A stretch of DNA of 64,000 bases from Takakia lepidozioides (taxonomy: Eukaryota; Plantae; Bryophyta), in the NCBI GenBank assembly GCA_030704615.1, contig CM060732.1, forward strand, positions 2,356,001 through 2,420,000. Direction: 5' to 3'. Below are positions 26,901 to 36,809 of the stretch, piece after piece. Under the pieces are notes generated by a model that saw nothing but the letters and a program-made list of their open reading frames with translations, did no database searches and was not told the DNA's origin. The stretch's first letter is position 1. Every line of letters starts with the position of its first letter. Position numbers and translations under genes: made by a program.

Positions 26901-27659
26901 TCAGCAGCTAGAGCAGAGGCTCGCTGCCATGGCTATAGCTCAGGCGGTACCGGCTCCCAGGCGGGATGGTCCACCTCCTGCTCCTGAGGGAGGAGATATG
27001 GGAGGCATGGGATTCATGTGCGGAGCAGCACTACCACTAGAGCAGGTGGAGTCTGCTGCAGCCGTGACTCGAGGAGCAGCACGAGTTCCTGAGCCACGAG
27101 GTGCAGAGGTGGAGTTGGATCCACAACGTGGGGAGGCAAGCCGTCAGGCGAGGCTGCCTCAGTCATTCACCTTGGCGGAGACAGTGTCAACGCCATCCAT
27201 GGCACCTAGTTCTCGCCCGACTGTTACCGAGGCGGAGGTTACTATGCCATTGGGGAGAGCTACATGTGCAGCACTGACATCTGCTACCAAGGCTAGTGCA
27301 GCCGGTGTGTTATTGGGGGCAGCCACCTCTGTGTGTCAAGCCCCACTGTTCTCGGCAACCATGATTGCGACGCCGGGGGTGAGACCAGCTGCAGTGTTCA
27401 GACTAGCAGCAACTCTCTGTGAGAGTGGGGAGGTCACTTCATCTTCTGCGGAGTTAGTGGAAGGTATAGTGGCAGAGGGATCCTCGGATTTGAGGGTCAA
27501 GACTGCCACGGCTGCGCCATGGCAAGTTGCAGCTGCCAGGTTGACGGAGCTGCCAGCTAGGCCAGCCATTGAGCGCGCCATGGTGACACCTGGAGTTGTC
27601 TTGTTAGACAACCAGGGAGGCATTTTCACTTTGAGTGGACCGGCAGGCAAGAAGTACCG

Positions 27660-27990
27660 GCCACTGCGGGTCTTGTTGGACTCAGGAGCTCAGCCACTGA
27701 TGTTGGGCAGAGCTGCTATTGCAGGTTTGGGCCTCATGGAGGCGGATATGGAGCCTTGTCCTTTCCAGATACAGACATCTCTGGGAGGATCAGAGCAGGC
27801 TCGCGGCATGACACGACATCAGTTGGCTATTAGACTGCAGCCGGATCATCCTGTAGATGGCTCAGTGATGCGAGCCAAGGCCATTGTGACAGACGCGGTC
27901 TCTTACGATGTCCTCGTTGGTGGGGCAGTGTTATACCCCATGGGCTTCACCCTGGATTTCTGGGAGGAGTCAGCATCCTACAGGCCTGGA
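27660..27990 (+). CDS. Retropepsin-type aspartic protease domain
   Basis: VLLDSGAQPLML ... YDVLVG within ORF 26593-29436. Confidence 0.85.
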
Positions 27991-28389
27991 TGGCAGTCAG
28001 GGGATGGTCGCCGTGCACAGCTCCCTGTGACATTCATTGGGGGTATTGCAGCTGCCCAGCGGGGCAAGATGCCAACACTAGCCGCCTTCACAGCTGCCGT
28101 TAGTTGGCCTGGAGAGTTGCTGGAAGGCAATGCCCATGCAGAGGATGTGCCACCTCCAGCAGAGCAGGATGACATGCATGGTACGGCGGAGTTGCCTGCC
28201 ATGGTTGCTCACACTCCGTTGTGGGGTACGAGCAAGGATTTGCAGCAAGCTGCTGATGGACGGGTGCAACAAGCTTGGGAAGAAGCTTTTGTACCGTCAG
28301 GAGAGGAGGAGAGTGCGGTGATTGCACCAGGGCCACCTCAGTTGTCGCCATTGGACACCACACCTCTTGTGTGGCAGCGGCCGGATGAA

Positions 28390-29345
28390 GGCATTTGCCT
28401 TCTGGACTTGTTTGGCGGGATCAGCACCGGATTGGCTGCTGTGCTACAGGCAGGTGTGCGGGTAAGGCGTTACCTGTATGTGGAGAGGGATGAGACTGCA
28501 CGACGCATCTCACTGCGCCATGTGGCTCAGTTGGTACAGCAGTACCCTGACTTGTTGCCTGTGTCTGCAGTTCGTGGATACCAACAAGCCTTGCCAGCAG
28601 ACATTTCCTTGTTGGGGGCGCAAGATTTGGAGCAGGTTGGCTCCATTGATCTGATAGTGGCAGGTTGGCCCTGCCAAGGGCATTCATCAGCCGGGCATGG
28701 CAATGGATTGCGAGACTCGAGGACGGGTCTGTTTTGGGAGATGGTGCGGATTTTGCGCTGCTTGCAGCTTCATCAAGCTGTATCTCCAGCATACATCTTG
28801 GAGAATGTACCACTGATGGGTGATTCTCGGGCCAGGGTGATGGCCAGTGTGCATCAAGTCCGGTCGTGGCTTGGGTCAGCAGTGTTGCTGGATGCAGCTG
28901 CAGTGGGGTCACGGGCTCATCGTCCACGACTATGGTGGACTAACTTGATGCCACCCGCACTGCTCAAGCGTGCATTTGATGGGGTGCAGCGGCCAGCACA
29001 CCTCACCGTGGATGGCATTTTGGACACAGGAAGGCAGTCTCAACGTGTGAGACACGATGACCGTTCGCCTTTGGCAGTGGTCAACAGGGTGGGTCAACCA
29101 CGAGCAGCATTACCTACACTGCTCAGCTTCCCAGGATCCCATGCTTTTCGGGATGGTGGACCTGGCCTCCTGTGGGATGCTCAGTTGCAGCAGTTAGTGG
29201 AGCCTAATGCCGACGAGCGAGAGCGGGCTATGGGGTTTTCCACTGGGACCACGGCGGTGCCTTCTCTTTCTGAGGCATCACGTCGTCAGGTGTTGGGGCA
29301 AGCAATGGATCTCAATTGCTTGACCTGGATTGTCAGCTTGGCTAT
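28390..29345 (+). CDS. C5-cytosine DNA methyltransferase domain, DNMT3-like, embedded in the retrotransposon polyprotein
   Basis: Motif I LDLFGGISTG, II VERD, III ADI, IV DLIVAGWPCQGHS (catalytic Cys 28672-28674), VI ILENV, VII/VIII LDAAAVGSRAHRPRLWWTN, IX ERERAMGF, X RRQVLGQAM, in unpermuted order. Confidence 0.93.
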
Positions 29346-29798
29346 GGCTGAGCAACGTAGAGTGCGGAGTGCACTTCCCTTGACGGTCTCTCTGCCTACC
29401 GAGACGGTACAGGCAGCGAGTGGGGGCGAGCGGTGAGGACCACGAGGTGTAGACATCCATGGCACATGTGGGAGGTGCTCGAGGTTCAGAGGGAGTTGGC
29501 AGCGAAGGCAGCTGTGATGGATGAGGTTGGGGATTCTTCTCGGGATGAGGAGGTTCTCAATGATGAGATGATGGGGCAGGATGAGGCCTTGTCATTGACT
29601 GAGCAGGAAGGGGGTACTGCTCAAGAGGTTGCAGCATAGCAACCACGGGACGCGTCCTCTACCTCTAAGCCCACTGGACTTAAGGTTGCAGTTACGGAGG
29701 ACAATTGGGAGCCTGACATTGGACCCATTGTCACCGGAGGAGAGAGACGACGTATACGGCGGTTCCTGAGGGCTTATAGGAATTGCTTTGCCTTCAGT

Positions 29799-31010
29799 TT
29801 GAAGGACTTGGGAGCACTGAAGGGTCAAGAGATCCGTATTGAGTTGGCCACTGACACGCCAATCTTTCGGAGACCCTATAGATACAGTGACATGGAGAGG
29901 TCTTTGATTCAGATGAGGACTCAAGATCTCTGGGAGGCAGGTTTGGTGGAGCTCTCTGGTGGAGAGTATGCTTCAGCCACAGTGATGCCAGCTAAGAAGG
30001 ATGTCTATGGCAATTGGACGGAGAGACGTATGTGCGGTGATTACCGGCCTGTAAATCGTCAGACCAAGTCCGATAGGTATGCCATGCCAACACCAGAGGA
30101 GATCTTTGATGCCATTGGGCATTCCAAGGTCTTTAGCACGTTGGATTTACGATCCGGATATCACCAGTTGCCGATCAAGGAGGCGGATAAGCAAAAGACG
30201 GCATTCTGGGGGATCAATGAGCACGGGAAGGATTGCCTATACCAGTGGCGGTTCTTACCATTTGGGCTTAAAAACGCTCCCGCTGAGTTTCAAAGAGTCA
30301 TGGACAGGATTCTAGCAGGGGTGGAGTTTGCTCGGTGCTACATAGATGACATCATCATCTTTAGTGCTACGGTGGAGGAGCATGAGAGACACCTTCAGGG
30401 GGTATTTGAGCGCTTGAGGACGCACGGATTGAAGTTACATCCGGGCAAGTGCAAGTTTTTCCACAACCAGATTGAGTATCTGGGTCACATGATATATCCT
30501 GGAGGATTGGGGGTACAGCAGACTAAGGTAGAGTCCATTGCACAGGTTCCACGCCCCACGGATGTGAGCCGAGTTCGAGCTTTCATGGGGTTAGCAAACT
30601 ATTACAGACGGTTTGTTAAGGGATTTAGTGCCATTGCAAAGGCTCTAACCAAGCTGACCAAGGTGGACCAGGAGTGGCAGTGGGAAGATGAGCAAGAACA
30701 AGCTTTTCAAGAGCTCAAGGCGAGGTTGACCTCGGCGCCCATCTTGAGACGACCTATCAGGGGGCGTCCTTTTCAGCTGCATACAGATTGGAGCATGCTG
30801 GGGCTTGGAGCGGTGCTCACACAGGTGGATGATGAGGGAAGAGAGTTCGTAGTGGCTTATGCTAGCCGCTCGAACAATGCTGCAGAGTCTAAGTATAGCT
30901 CATATGAGGGAGAATGCTTAGCTGCAGTGTGGGCCGTGGCACACTTCAGGTGCTATTATACGGCAATCTCTTCACCCTTGTCACGGATCACCAACCACTC
31001 AAGTGGTTGA
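29799..31010 (+). CDS. pol: Reverse transcriptase and RNase H
   Basis: [32 protein letters not shown] (30339-30350), YLGH, LHTDWS, YASR, ECLA. Confidence 0.96.
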   Translation: MKDLGALKGQEIRIELATDTPIFRRPYRYSDMERSLIQMRTQDLWEAGLVELSGGEYASATVMPAKKDVYGNWTERRMCGDYRPVNRQTKSDRYAMPTPEEIFDAIGHSKVFSTLDLRSGYHQLPIKEADKQKTAFWGINEHGKDCLYQWRFLPFGLKNAPAEFQRVMDRILAGVEFARCYIDDIIIFSATVEEHERHLQGVFERLRTHGLKLHPGKCKFFHNQIEYLGHMIYPGGLGVQQTKVESIAQVPRPTDVSRVRAFMGLANYYRRFVKGFSAIAKALTKLTKVDQEWQWEDEQEQAFQELKARLTSAPILRRPIRGRPFQLHTDWSMLGLGAVLTQVDDEGREFVVAYASRSNNAAESKYSSYEGECLAAVWAVAHFRCYYTAISSPLSRITNHSSG

Positions 31011-32773
31011 TGGAGTCAGACAAGCTTACGGGGAAGCTTGCACGGTGGGCACTCATCCTTCAAGAGTATGACTTTCAGGTGGTGCATCGACCGGGTTTGG
31101 TCAATCGAAATGCAGATGGGTTGAGTCGCAATCCATGCACGAGCCAGCAGGATGACACTGGAGCTCGGTGGCATGGTGAGACGGACGAGGAGATGGTGCC
31201 CGGATGGCATGCATCTGCATTTCTGTGTATCTTGGCAGCGGAAGGCCAGGTTGGACCTACAACAGGGATGACTGTAGATCAAGTGTCTGAGGACCCTGAG
31301 GCCAGCAATGAGCAGGGTGGCGCCAAAGATATACATGAGGATTCAGTTGTGTTGGACTACCTCCGCAGTGGAGACACGGCAGCCACTATGACTGCCAAGG
31401 AGAGGGATCGGATCCTACAACGAGCCAAGAGGTTCAGGTGGGAGGGGACACACCTGCTCCGAGTGTGGGAGGATGGTCGAGTGAGGATTGTGCCTCACCC
31501 AACACAGCGGGCACGGTTAGTGCGGCATGCCCATGAGGAGTTGGGGCATTTTGGGGTGCGACGCACTCATAGTCTACTGCAGGGGCAGTATTGGTGGCGT
31601 GGTATGCACACAGAGGTGCAACAATTTGTGGCTAGGTGCATGGTGTGTGACAGGGTGCGTGCTTCATTCAACGCCCCTACTCCACAATTGCACCCTCTTC
31701 CGATCATGGGATTGGGCTACAGGTGGAGTCTTGACTTCGCAGGGCCGTTGCCACTGACCATGCGCCACAACAAGTACGTGTTGGTGATGGTGGAGCACTT
31801 CTCCAAGTGGATTGAATTGGTTCCATTGCCTGATAAGGCTAGTGAGGGAGCTGCGTATGCATTCTTGGATTGTGTGCTTAGCCGATTCGGTGCTCCAGCT
31901 GAGGTACTCACGGACCAAGGGAGAGAGTTCTTGGGGGAGTTTCAGGCTTTGTGTGACAAGGCCTTGATAGACCACCGCACCACTTCTCGGGATCATCCTG
32001 AGGCCGATGGCTTGGCAGAGAGAGTTGTTCAGACAGTAAAGAGGGGTTTGCGCAAGTATGGCTTGCAGAAGGGACACCTAGGAGATTGGGACCTTCAGTT
32101 ACCCTGGTTAGCCATGGGCTACAGGTTCAGCAAGCAAGCATCACTTGCCTCCTTCTCACCATACTTTCTTCTCTTTGGCCGAGAGCCGGATTTGCCTACA
32201 TCCATTCGCAGAGAAGCTGCTACAGTTCTTAACCTTGACGATCCGGACGTGTGGGCACGTGCATGTGAGCAGCGTGCAGAGTTGTTCAAGAGAGTCATGC
32301 CCATGGCTTTCGAGAACCTTGCCATTGCACAACACCGTGATACGTTGAGGTATGCTACCATACGTGGTGGGGGCTATCGTCCTGGGGTTCGGAGATTCAA
32401 CCCTGGTGACTATGTCTATCTGCAGCAGACTGCTCCTACGACCCTGGATGTGACTGCAGGACGTGTTATTTTGAGGGTTCGAGAGGTCTTGCCCTCAGGC
32501 GTCTTGGTCTTGGAGGGTCGGGATGGCATAACTTGGAAGGACCATGTGCGTAATTGTGCGCCATGTCACCTTCCGAATGTCGATGGCAGGATTGACCCAA
32601 ACCTGGCAGTGGTATCTGCAGGTTTGAGGTGCATGTTGTGTGGGTCTGCTAAAGGGGCAGCCACCATGCTGGTGTGTGATCGATGCTCTAGAGGTTGGCA
32701 TATGGGATGCTTGACTCCACCTCTTGAGATGGTTCCGGATGGGGATTGGTTATGTCCACAATGCATTGGATAG
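30914..32773 (+). CDS. End of RNase H, integrase (HHCC + DDE) and C-terminal PHD finger
   Basis: HEELGH..CMVC; LDFAG, TDQG, GLAER; ends CMLC..MLVCDRCSRGWHMGCLTPPLEMVPDGDWLCPQC (C4HC3). Confidence 0.95.
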   Translation: MLSCSVGRGTLQVLLYGNLFTLVTDHQPLKWLMESDKLTGKLARWALILQEYDFQVVHRPGLVNRNADGLSRNPCTSQQDDTGARWHGETDEEMVPGWHASAFLCILAAEGQVGPTTGMTVDQVSEDPEASNEQGGAKDIHEDSVVLDYLRSGDTAATMTAKERDRILQRAKRFRWEGTHLLRVWEDGRVRIVPHPTQRARLVRHAHEELGHFGVRRTHSLLQGQYWWRGMHTEVQQFVARCMVCDRVRASFNAPTPQLHPLPIMGLGYRWSLDFAGPLPLTMRHNKYVLVMVEHFSKWIELVPLPDKASEGAAYAFLDCVLSRFGAPAEVLTDQGREFLGEFQALCDKALIDHRTTSRDHPEADGLAERVVQTVKRGLRKYGLQKGHLGDWDLQLPWLAMGYRFSKQASLASFSPYFLLFGREPDLPTSIRREAATVLNLDDPDVWARACEQRAELFKRVMPMAFENLAIAQHRDTLRYATIRGGGYRPGVRRFNPGDYVYLQQTAPTTLDVTAGRVILRVREVLPSGVLVLEGRDGITWKDHVRNCAPCHLPNVDGRIDPNLAVVSAGLRCMLCGSAKGAATMLVCDRCSRGWHMGCLTPPLEMVPDGDWLCPQCIG

Positions 32774-33020
32774 TGGGAGTGGATACAACCATGGAAGGCT
32801 AACAAGCAACGCAAGGCCCAGCTACAGGATACCTTGAATACACGAATCCTGGCTCAAGTTCACAGATTGCAAGACGGCGACTAACGATGGGGCTACTCTT
32901 GTACCCGGCCTCTTGGTCTATAGAGTTTGAGTACGATAGGGACAGTGATAGAGGACTTAGTACGGCTATGGCTATTACATCTTGTAGCTATCTGGAGGTA
33001 GAGGGACCTATCCACCAGCT

Positions 33021-33030
33021 AGGGGGGCGA
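33021..33030 (+). promoter_or_regulatory. Polypurine tract of the DNMT-bearing element
   Basis: AGGGGGGCGA followed by T-TG, about 250 nt after the pol stop. Confidence 0.65.
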
Positions 33031-33130
33031 TTGTGGTAGACTACTTTATTGTGCAATGGATATGTATGCGCACGACACCCTCTCTACGCTGGTGACTGCC
33101 AAGGACCAGATGATCTAGGCTTGCAAACCA

Positions 33131-33146
33131 GCTTTGATACCACTTG
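33131..33146 (-). mobile_element. tRNA-iMet PBS and LTR end (CA) of a different, opposite-strand LTR element
   Basis: Minus strand reads ...TTACA AG TGGTATCAAAGC. Confidence 0.6.
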
Positions 33147-34364
33147 TAAAAGATCTGACTCTCTTTTCTTTGTCCAACTATGACCAAATTTCAGGCGCTT
33201 TGCTTTGGTTGCTGTTCACAGGGAATTTACCAAAATTCCAAGGAAAATGATTGCTCGGGATTTTGTTTCAACCGGACTCTCATCTATATCTGAATTCCAG
33301 CCAAGGCCCTATTCTTATTCCACTTCCCTCATTTACAAATTCACAGATCGATCAAGAGATCGTCACTCCTACTTTGGCCTGATTCCTTGTTCAAAAGATC
33401 TCCCTGTCAACCTATGTACTCATCTCATGCCATTCTATCTATGCACAGTACTGGACTACGATGTCCAGTCCGCCCCTCCACCACACCGTGCATCAACACA
33501 TTCTATCACCATAGACCAGTGCAGATCGATCATTTTTCTTCTTCTCACGACCTCTTTTTCTGCTCACCAAAAAGCACAGCACCGGCTACGTCCGGTCCAC
33601 CCAGCCACCACGCCATGCTACGCTAGTTTCCTGTCAATACAGATCTGCTCTAGATGCCTGTACACCATCATTCTTTTCTCTTCTCCACTCTTGCCATCTC
33701 TAAGCCCACTTTTTATAAATCCCTAATCGTGGATCTGTTCGTGAACGCGAGCCTGCTCCATTCGACCTGCAACTGTCAGTTCGGCGGTCTTCTAGCAGTC
33801 ACTTGCTTCGCCAAACTGGTCGACAGGTCTCGATCTTTGTTCAAGGCACCTAACAGCAGTCTGATCAAGAAAAATTGCAAGAGTTTGATACACCTGGCGT
33901 GCAAAAACAAAAGAGAGAAAGCAAATTGGGTAAGCTCAGCTTTGGTGAAGACTCACCCTACAATCTCAATATTCTGCATGGAGGGCACACCAGGTCATCA
34001 ATGAAGGCGGATAATGCCAAGCAGAAGGACTGGGGTGACCCACAGGAGTTAAAACTGAGAATGCAGCAAGTAAGAATCAAGGAAGAAGGAAGTGAAGAGG
34101 CTCATCTGAGTGGTGCAATGAGAAGAGAACCCAGAAGGCTGGGATAACCACAACAGCTTGGGGGTGTCTCTGATGCATCAAAAAACGGAGGTCGAGCCAA
34201 GTGCTATGACCCAAACCCAGAGTGAACACAATGGCTTTGTGAGGCCAAGGAGAACAATGCCCATGGAGCACACACATGAAGTCACACAAATGACAAATAC
34301 CAGGTACAGCTTTGAAATCAACAAAGTCAATGAAGATGGGTTGTCTGTCAAGGAAAAGGCGGAA

Positions 34365-34597
34365 TTAGGGAAGGGTTCACCAGCTGCAAGCTTTTGTCAA
34401 GGCTTTGAGAAGGAGATCAAGACCTTGTGGGAATGCAGCTAGTAGAGGAACAAGTTGATGAAAGCAGCAACATGGAAGCAGAGTGGATCCGGGTTGACTA
34501 TGACAAACCTGAGATCATCAAGCAAGGCATCGGAAGGCCCAAACGAGGAACACTATGCAAGATCTGCAATGACATGAGGCACAATCATCACACACAC
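34365..34597 (+). repeat. Gag-like TE fragment, near-identical to 53557-53787
   Basis: About 230 bp dispersed duplication encoding ..GRPKRGTLCKICNDMRHNHH (knuckle-like). Confidence 0.75.
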
Positions 34598-34779
34598 TGT
34601 AGTGAGAGATTTTAACTACCTAAAATGAGCTGACTGAGACAACCAGTTAAGCAATGGCGTGTAATCACAATATATAAACTATATATAGCAATATATACGT
34701 GGATAATAAGAAGTAACATTTAACTATTTTTTCATTGACCAGCACATTAATAGTAAACTAATCGTGTGTGCTGGTTAAG

Positions 34780-36030
34780 GTTTAGTGAAAACAAAACAAC
34801 TGAATTATCTGAACGAATGATAAACAAACGCCTTGCTGGCAGCTATTGGAGAACGTATGAAAGGTTAGTGAAACAGAACAACTGAATTATCTGAACGAAT
34901 GATAAATAAACGCCTTGCTGGCAGCTGTTGGATGAACGTATGAAATATAATTTGTGTGCACTGGATGAACGTATGAATGAACGATAAAAACAAACGCCTT
35001 GCTGGCAAACTATTGGATGAACGGAAAATTAATGGATGGATGGATAAATTGATGGAAAACCCAAAATTCCATCCATCTACGATACATTCATCCAATAATT
35101 CAAAATGGATTTAGGGTTGCGGGGATTGCGTTCAGCGATGAGTAAGTTATGGGAACTAGATCGTTTGCTGTGTTTGCGTGGGAGGATCTGCAGGATATGC
35201 AATAGCTTGGGTGGACAACCACAATCGCAAGGTGTGGCTTTTCTTAATGTACGATGTGACATGTTTGTCCATCCTGCAAATGTGGGCTCTTAGTACCATG
35301 ATTTGGTATTCTTCCTGATGTTTACAACGTTCTTGGGAGAGTCGGGCTTGGTCTTAGCAGGCCGTGTTTCAATCTCCGCCCGCTCAGCTGCATCGTGGTG
35401 GTTCTCGCAGACCAATCCTCTCGCAGACCAATCCGACATTACCTGACTACAGACACAAGCAGCACACACAAGAGGTGGTCAGTCAAATCCTCGATGGGTC
35501 ATGACACAAGGTCGAGGACAATGTGGTGTGATGGCACCTTCTTCGACGTCTTTCAGCCTGTTTTGCCCGCTCATCAGACTCGGCCCTGAATTTGCAGCAC
35601 GGAGCAGAGCAGGCATGAATTTTGTAAAGATCCTTCACGATGGTGCGACAACCGCAATCGCAAGGTGTGGCTTTTTCTTAATGTACGATGTGAAGAAGTT
35701 TGTCCATCATGTAAATGTGGGCTGTTGGCTCCTGTTAGTACCATGATTTGGTATTCTTCCTGATGTTTACAAGGTTCTTGGGAGAGAGCTTGGTCTTAGC
35801 ATGCCGTGTTCAATCTCTGCTCAGCTGCACCGTGGTTGTTCTCACAAACCAATCCGACAGTTCCTGACAATGGACACAAGCAGCACACACAAGAGGATCT
35901 TTGGTTGATGTCTGTCAAATCTCCATGGGTCTGACACAAGGTCAAGGTCGACAATGTGGTGAGGGCACCTTCTTCTTCAACCTATTTCTGCCTGTTTTAC
36001 CCTCTCATCAGACTCGCCCTGAGATGCATA
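34780..36030. repeat. Local tandem duplications (about 83 bp unit x2-3, then about 440 bp unit x2)
   Basis: AACAACTGAATTATCTGAACGAATGATAAA..CGCCTTGCTGGC is repeated. CAATCGCAAGGTGTGGCTTTT..CATCAGACTCG occurs at about 35220 and 35655. An inverted partial copy lies at about 55580-55645. Confidence 0.8.
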
Positions 36031-36809
36031 TTGAATTCTGTAAGTTAGCTCGTTGGGTGGATCTGTGGTGGTTAGGAGTGACTTTGACAAGTTACTGCCG
36101 ATGTGGCAGCAGGAAAGTATCCAAAAACAGATAACATAGATTAGGAGAAGCTCATTGGTGGATCTATGGTGGTTTTGGAGTGATTCTGACATGTTACTGT
36201 AGGTAGGGTTAGGGCGTCAGTGTCAGCTGCTTCAGCTGCTAGCTGCAGCAAGGCAAGGATGCTTGTGCATGATTTGTGCAGAGGTCTGGATAGCTGAAGG
36301 AGGCAGGGATAGAGTGTGGGTCCAGATTCATCCAAGAGGGCCGAATTTCAAGCTCCAGATTACCTATGATTCCCTGTGGAAGGATAGCTACACGAAAATT
36401 GGCCCTAAATTTTCATGTTGAATTCTGATACTTTTCTGACCCCAGGCAATGGCGGGACAATCGAGGCAAAAAGGTGAATGCTTGTTGGATTACAAAGAGT
36501 AGCAGATGCAATTGACCATATGAACTAGTGTGATAAGTTGAGTTAGGTGTTTCCTAGAACAAATCTAGGCTGTCATTGTCAGGTGCTAGCAGTAAGGCAA
36601 GGATGCAGTATGCATGATTTGTGCAGAGGCATGGATAGCTGAAGGAGCAGGGATAGAGTGTGGGTCCAGGTTCATCCAAGAGGCTGGACTTCAAGCTCCA
36701 GATTACCTATGATTCCATGTGGATCAATAGCTACAAGAAACCTGCATGGGTAGATGGTCAAGTAAAGGTAGCAGCTGCAGCGGCACAGTTGATAAAATCA
36801 AGCACCTCA

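Larger units (their letters stand above)
23715..33030 (+). mobile_element. Ty3/Gypsy LTR retrotransposon internal region with DNMT3-like and PHD domains
   Basis: PBS, extra ORF, gag-PR-DNMT-RT-RH-INT-PHD, PPT. RT-RH-INT order defines Ty3/Gypsy. Confidence 0.93.

Noticed and set aside
28390-29345. Bacterial restriction-modification MTase from contamination, or a host DRM gene
   Set aside because: It is in frame with the Gag knuckle and protease, no restriction endonuclease is nearby, there are no introns or UBA domains, and motif order is unpermuted.
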